A DNA stretch of 40,061 bases, taken from the NCBI GenBank assembly GCA_001782085.1, contig MFNM01000045.1, forward strand, positions 1-40,061, written 5' to 3'. The stretch is from Candidatus Levybacteria bacterium RIFCSPHIGHO2_01_FULL_37_33 (GTDB lineage: Bacteria > Patescibacteriota > Microgenomatia > Levybacterales > UBA12049). A program made the position numbers and the translations under genes. Numbering within the stretch: position 1 is the first letter of the stretch; every line of letters begins with the position of its first letter. Positions 36,122 through 40,061 of this stretch are shown piece after piece. A model generated the notes under the pieces. That model was not told the origin of the DNA, searched no databases, and saw nothing but the letters and a program-made list of their open reading frames with translations.

Positions 36122-37611
36122 ATTTTCTCTGTCACTTTATATTCTAACCTTTTTCCAAACATAAGTTGAGTATGAGAAATAAGAGCGGGTAAGGTTGAAA
36201 AGAAAAAGCCTACGATTGGAAGGAGTATGAATTCAAGCGGAAAAAGAAATTCGCGAGTTTTACTTAAAGAATGGTGTCTTGGCCGGGCCCTAAAGTCAAT
36301 AATTATAAGCATTAAAAGAGCGAAAAGACAAGAAGTTAATATCGCTCCTGCTATTCCAGGAAGTCTATATCCCAAGGTAGTTCGCGAAAACACCGGGTTT
36401 ATAAACGGAATTATATTTGCGGCAATTGTTAGTATGAACCAGTTTACAGGCCAAAGGAAATGATCGATCAAAACATTATAAAGCATGATTGTTTTCCTAA
36501 TAAAGGGTACATTGGGAACTGTAAACCACCATTTAATAAATAAGGGATCATCCGATACTCCCCATGACCATCTTCTTTCCTGATCATATTTATTTTTAAG
36601 ACTCTTAAAATATCCTTGGGAAAGAGGTGCATCCATCGATGTCTTTAAAAATATGGGCTCAACCCACGCCTCTCCTTTTAGCATATAAAAAGTCTTAAAG
36701 AAAATTCTGTAGTCTTCGGGAATTACATCCACATCCCAATAGTTTATTCTTTTCAAAAGCTTAAAAGATAGGGAATAGGTAGAGTTAGCAATTAATTTAT
36801 CGTGCTGAACAAGGACTGCTATTCTCCAGACGCTCCCAAAAAAGGCAATAATGCGTGTTGGAGCCGGAATTTTCCAGAAATTATTGTAGTTTACATTTGC
36901 CGATTGCCAGAATTTGTTATAACGCTTTTCATCGGTCAAAAAACTGTGTGTTAAATAAGAAAAGTATTGTTTATCAAAAATCGAATCGGCATCAACAGAA
37001 GAGATGGTAGCAAAATCAATATCAACCAGCCCCCCTTTTATCAATTGTCTATAAGCCTGCCGTCCGGCATATGCTTCGTTTGAAGATTTACCTTTAACTT
37101 CGCCTTCCATATCCGGATGATATGTTGCAAAAATTTGGCCAAAAGTTTCATTAAATTCTTGAATGAGTATATTTGCTTTCCGTCTTGCATCTTGCTCTCT
37201 TTTTTCCATAGCAAGAATCACGAATATTCTTTTTGTTGGAAAGGTTTGTTGTGCAATTGCATTTATTGTTGTTCGGAGTTTTTCTACGCTTTCTTTATAG
37301 TTGGGAATAATTATAATATGATTTACCTTATCAAAATCCGGAAGCTTAGATGATTTTTCCAGCCAGTTTTTGTTTTCTGCTTCTTTTATTCTACTCGAGG
37401 CAATAAATGCGGTTGTTGCAACAGAAAAAGATTTATAGAGCCAATAGACATCAAAAAATAAAATAAAGTAAGCAACAAAATACGGAATAGCCAGCGAGCC
37501 CCATAGAGGAAACAAAATTAATGTCCAGGAAAAAAACCCCGGCAAAATTTCTAAAAATCTTCTTGTTTTTATCGGATATCTCGTAAAAACTTTACTGAAA
37601 AAATTTGTCAT
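36118..37611 (-). CDS. Membrane GT2-family glycosyltransferase
   Basis: IPNYKE, DAD, PED, QERRW. Confidence 0.85.
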   Translation of the reverse strand: MTNFFSKVFTRYPIKTRRFLEILPGFFSWTLILFPLWGSLAIPYFVAYFILFFDVYWLYKSFSVATTAFIASSRIKEAENKNWLEKSSKLPDFDKVNHIIIIPNYKESVEKLRTTINAIAQQTFPTKRIFVILAMEKREQDARRKANILIQEFNETFGQIFATYHPDMEGEVKGKSSNEAYAGRQAYRQLIKGGLVDIDFATISSVDADSIFDKQYFSYLTHSFLTDEKRYNKFWQSANVNYNNFWKIPAPTRIIAFFGSVWRIAVLVQHDKLIANSTYSLSFKLLKRINYWDVDVIPEDYRIFFKTFYMLKGEAWVEPIFLKTSMDAPLSQGYFKSLKNKYDQERRWSWGVSDDPLFIKWWFTVPNVPFIRKTIMLYNVLIDHFLWPVNWFILTIAANIIPFINPVFSRTTLGYRLPGIAGAILTSCLFALLMLIIIDFRARPRHHSLSKTREFLFPLEFILLPIVGFFFSTLPALISHTQLMFGKRLEYKVTEKI

Positions 37612-38414
37612 ATGTTAAAAAGATTATGAGCGTTTTCCGTTGTCTGCTGAGCTATTTTCTCATCGGAAACACTCTTTATCTTAGCCAAAAACTGCCCAAC
37701 AATTATAACATAAGAAGGCTCGTTTCTTCTACCCCGATGGGGAACAGGCGTTAAGAAGGGACTATCGGTTTCGGCTAAAATTCTATCAATTGGAGTAGCT
37801 CTCACTAAATCAACTAAAGATGTGTCTTCTCCAGGAGCAAGGCCATCGTATGTAATATTGCCATCAAAACCTATATAGAAGCCTAAGTCCAAGACTTTTT
37901 TTAGAAAATCAATATCTCCGGACATGCAGTGGAACATTCCGGGCGGGTTCATTAGTCTAGATTTATAAGATGAGAGAATTTCTATAATATCTTTTCCAGC
38001 GTGGCGATTGTGGATTTGAAGAGGCAAGTTTAATTTAATTGACAGCTCAATTTGTTTAATAAAAACATTTTTTTGAAGTTTCGGATCAACAATCTCATTG
38101 CTTTTATATCTAAAATAGTCGATTCCTGTTTCTCCGATTGCAACGACCTTTGGTTCTCTCGCCATTTTTTCCAGTTCCTCAATCCAATTGTTTTCAAGTT
38201 TATCCGCGTGGTGGGGATGGACTCCGACAATTGCATAAAGTTCGCCAGATGGCGAATCATATTTTTCCGAAAGTTCAACTGCTTTTTGACTTGAGTCGAT
38301 TTTGGTTCCTACATTTATTATTTTTGCAACGCCCTTCTGGAAAGCTCTTTTAATTACATCATCATAGTCTTTCTCAAAAGCGTGAAAATTTAAATGGCAA
38401 TGGACATCAATCAT
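37608..38414 (-). CDS. tatD: TatD-family hydrolase
   Basis: DVHCH, GVHPH, GETGID, IHNR, ETDSP. Confidence 0.93.
   Translation of the reverse strand: MIDVHCHLNFHAFEKDYDDVIKRAFQKGVAKIINVGTKIDSSQKAVELSEKYDSPSGELYAIVGVHPHHADKLENNWIEELEKMAREPKVVAIGETGIDYFRYKSNEIVDPKLQKNVFIKQIELSIKLNLPLQIHNRHAGKDIIEILSSYKSRLMNPPGMFHCMSGDIDFLKKVLDLGFYIGFDGNITYDGLAPGEDTSLVDLVRATPIDRILAETDSPFLTPVPHRGRRNEPSYVIIVGQFLAKIKSVSDEKIAQQTTENAHNLFNI
38241..38256. repeat. Short hairpin TTCGCC-agat-GGCGAA in-frame in tatD
   Basis: Perfect 6-bp stem; encodes SPSGE in KYD-SPSGE-LYA. Confidence 0.55.
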
Positions 38415-38460
38415 AAGTCAAAATTCAAAATTCAAAAGTTAAATTCAAAAGTGAAAAACA

Positions 38461-39879
38461 TTATAGTCTCGGAAACAATGGTTTTTGGGATACTATTTTC
38501 GGTCCTTTGAATTGGTCTTCGATTTTTTGCGCAGTTTCCGGCAAAAAGGGTTCAAGAAGCGCGGCTATTTCCTGAATTTGATCAACCGAATGGGCTAAAA
38601 CAGATCTTAGTCTTTTATCAGCTGCTTTTAAAAGATCCCACGGTTTTTCATCGTTAATAAATTTATCAAGTGCTGCGATTTTTTTCCAGATAAAGGAAAG
38701 TGCGTCGTTAAAACGAAATTGAGAAATCGCATCGGAATAATCCTCAATTGAGATTAAATGACCCGAAACCCTACTCTGCGATCCCATTTGAACATAATTT
38801 GAGTTTTCGCAAAGCTTGGTAACTCGGGAAATAAGATTTCCAAGGCCATTTGCCAAATCGGCATTATAAATCTCTTCAAATTTCTCTTTTGAAAAATCAC
38901 CATCGGCAAATGGAGAAATAGACCGCAATAAATAATAACGCAAGGGGTCTGAGCCATATTTATTGATAAGTTCTATCGGATCGATTACGTTTCCTAAAGT
39001 TTTTGATATTTTTTGTCCGTTTACAGTTATATATTCATGGACAAAAATACTTTTTGGAAGGGAAAGTCCTGCAGATAAAAGGAAAGCAGGCCAATAAATC
39101 GCATGAAACCTAAGTATTCCTTTACCGATTACATGCAAATCTGCCGGCCACCAATCTAGTGCTCCGCTCCTATAAATATTTAGTGCGTCAAACCAAACAT
39201 ACATTTTTTGATCAGGATCGTTTGGAACACTTACACCCCAATTTTTTGCTCTAATGTTTGATCTTGAAATACTTATATCTTTAAGGCCTTCTTTAACAAA
39301 GGAAAGGGCCTCATTCTTTCTATTTTCCGGAACGATCTTTATTTTGTTTGATTTTAAAATTTCCTCAATTTCTTTTTGATATTTTGAAAGTTTGAAAAAA
39401 TAATTCTCTTCGCTAATCTTCTCAAGCTTTTTTCCTGGATGCTCAAAACATTCTCCATTTTCGTTCAATTCAGCCCTTTCGTAAAAAAGCTCACACCCTA
39501 CACAATAAAGTCCTGCATATTGTTTTTTGTAAATATCTCCGTTTTTATTACATAGCCCCCATAACTTTTGTGAAGAAGAATGATGTTTTGCATCACTTCC
39601 TCTTTGGAAAACATCAAACTTAACATTTAATTTTCTTGCCAAATCTTCAAACAACTTGCTATTTTTATCAACGAGCTGCCGAATCGTGATTTTTTCCTGT
39701 TCTGCGGCTTGGACATTTTTTATTGCATTTTCATCGGCTCCGCAAAGAAGAAGAACGTCATCTCCGATTTGCTTATGAAATCTCGCAATCGCATCGGACT
39801 GTACAAATTCCATTGCGTGGCCAATATGAGGTTTTGCATTTACATAAGGAATAGCATTGGTTATGTAGAATTTGTTCAT
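38461..39879 (-). CDS. metG: Methionine-tRNA ligase (short form)
   Basis: PYVN...HIGH, CVGC zinc knuckle, YVWFDAL, KISKT. Confidence 0.96.
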   Translation of the reverse strand: MNKFYITNAIPYVNAKPHIGHAMEFVQSDAIARFHKQIGDDVLLLCGADENAIKNVQAAEQEKITIRQLVDKNSKLFEDLARKLNVKFDVFQRGSDAKHHSSSQKLWGLCNKNGDIYKKQYAGLYCVGCELFYERAELNENGECFEHPGKKLEKISEENYFFKLSKYQKEIEEILKSNKIKIVPENRKNEALSFVKEGLKDISISRSNIRAKNWGVSVPNDPDQKMYVWFDALNIYRSGALDWWPADLHVIGKGILRFHAIYWPAFLLSAGLSLPKSIFVHEYITVNGQKISKTLGNVIDPIELINKYGSDPLRYYLLRSISPFADGDFSKEKFEEIYNADLANGLGNLISRVTKLCENSNYVQMGSQSRVSGHLISIEDYSDAISQFRFNDALSFIWKKIAALDKFINDEKPWDLLKAADKRLRSVLAHSVDQIQEIAALLEPFLPETAQKIEDQFKGPKIVSQKPLFPRL

Positions 39880-39974
39880 GAGGTAATTCTAACAGAGAAC
39901 CTTTTTCGTAACAATAGATTATAAAAAAACTATTACTTGCAATATGCTTATAGAAATATTATAATGATATTATT

Positions 39975-40061
39975 ATGAATAGAACAACGCTTCAGATTCC
40001 GATGAGCATAGACTTGCGAAAACAGGCAGAAAAACAAGCTCTTGAACAAGGTTTTTCTTCT
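39975..40061 (+). CDS. Partial small RHH/antitoxin-like protein (runs off the right edge)
   Basis: MNRTTLQIPMSIDLRKQAEKQALEQGFSS; TATAAT 9 nt upstream. Confidence 0.55.
   Translation, partial: MNRTTLQIPMSIDLRKQAEKQALEQGFSS

Overview
AT-rich chromosomal window. Gene content and style (FemABX, LCP, several GT-C glycosyltransferases, PilN/PilO, Pro/Thr-linker surface proteins, short MetG, many extended -10 promoters 6-7 nt before ATG) suggest a Patescibacteria/CPR genome, probably Microgenomates-like; this is inference, not a search result. The first ~9.6 kb is a copper/redox island: cupredoxin tail, msrA relic, two small His/Gly membrane proteins, thioredoxin-like protein, CcdA-His-rich fusion, CopZ, CopA, CuA-like cupredoxin, DoxX, NDH-2, Ni-SOD plus SodX. 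The rest is housekeeping and envelope genes (femX-like, pcrA, tpiA, LCP, PMT, rpsT, murJ, purM, lepA, groES/EL, ubiA-like, wecA-like, tatD, metG). Most notable: (1) pcrA and lepA share the layout 'orphan truncated 5' head - selfish cargo (LAGLIDADG relic; Phd/PIN TA pair) - recoded head fused to the intact gene', translationally coupled, and an msrA head may be a third case; (2) 15-30 nt hairpin elements sit in-frame inside proteins, including one 30-mer nested in a near-identical copy; (3) 7-nt periodic arrays occur both in and between genes; (4) a promoter-driven, self-complementary ~125-nt candidate RNA lies upstream of the lepA locus.
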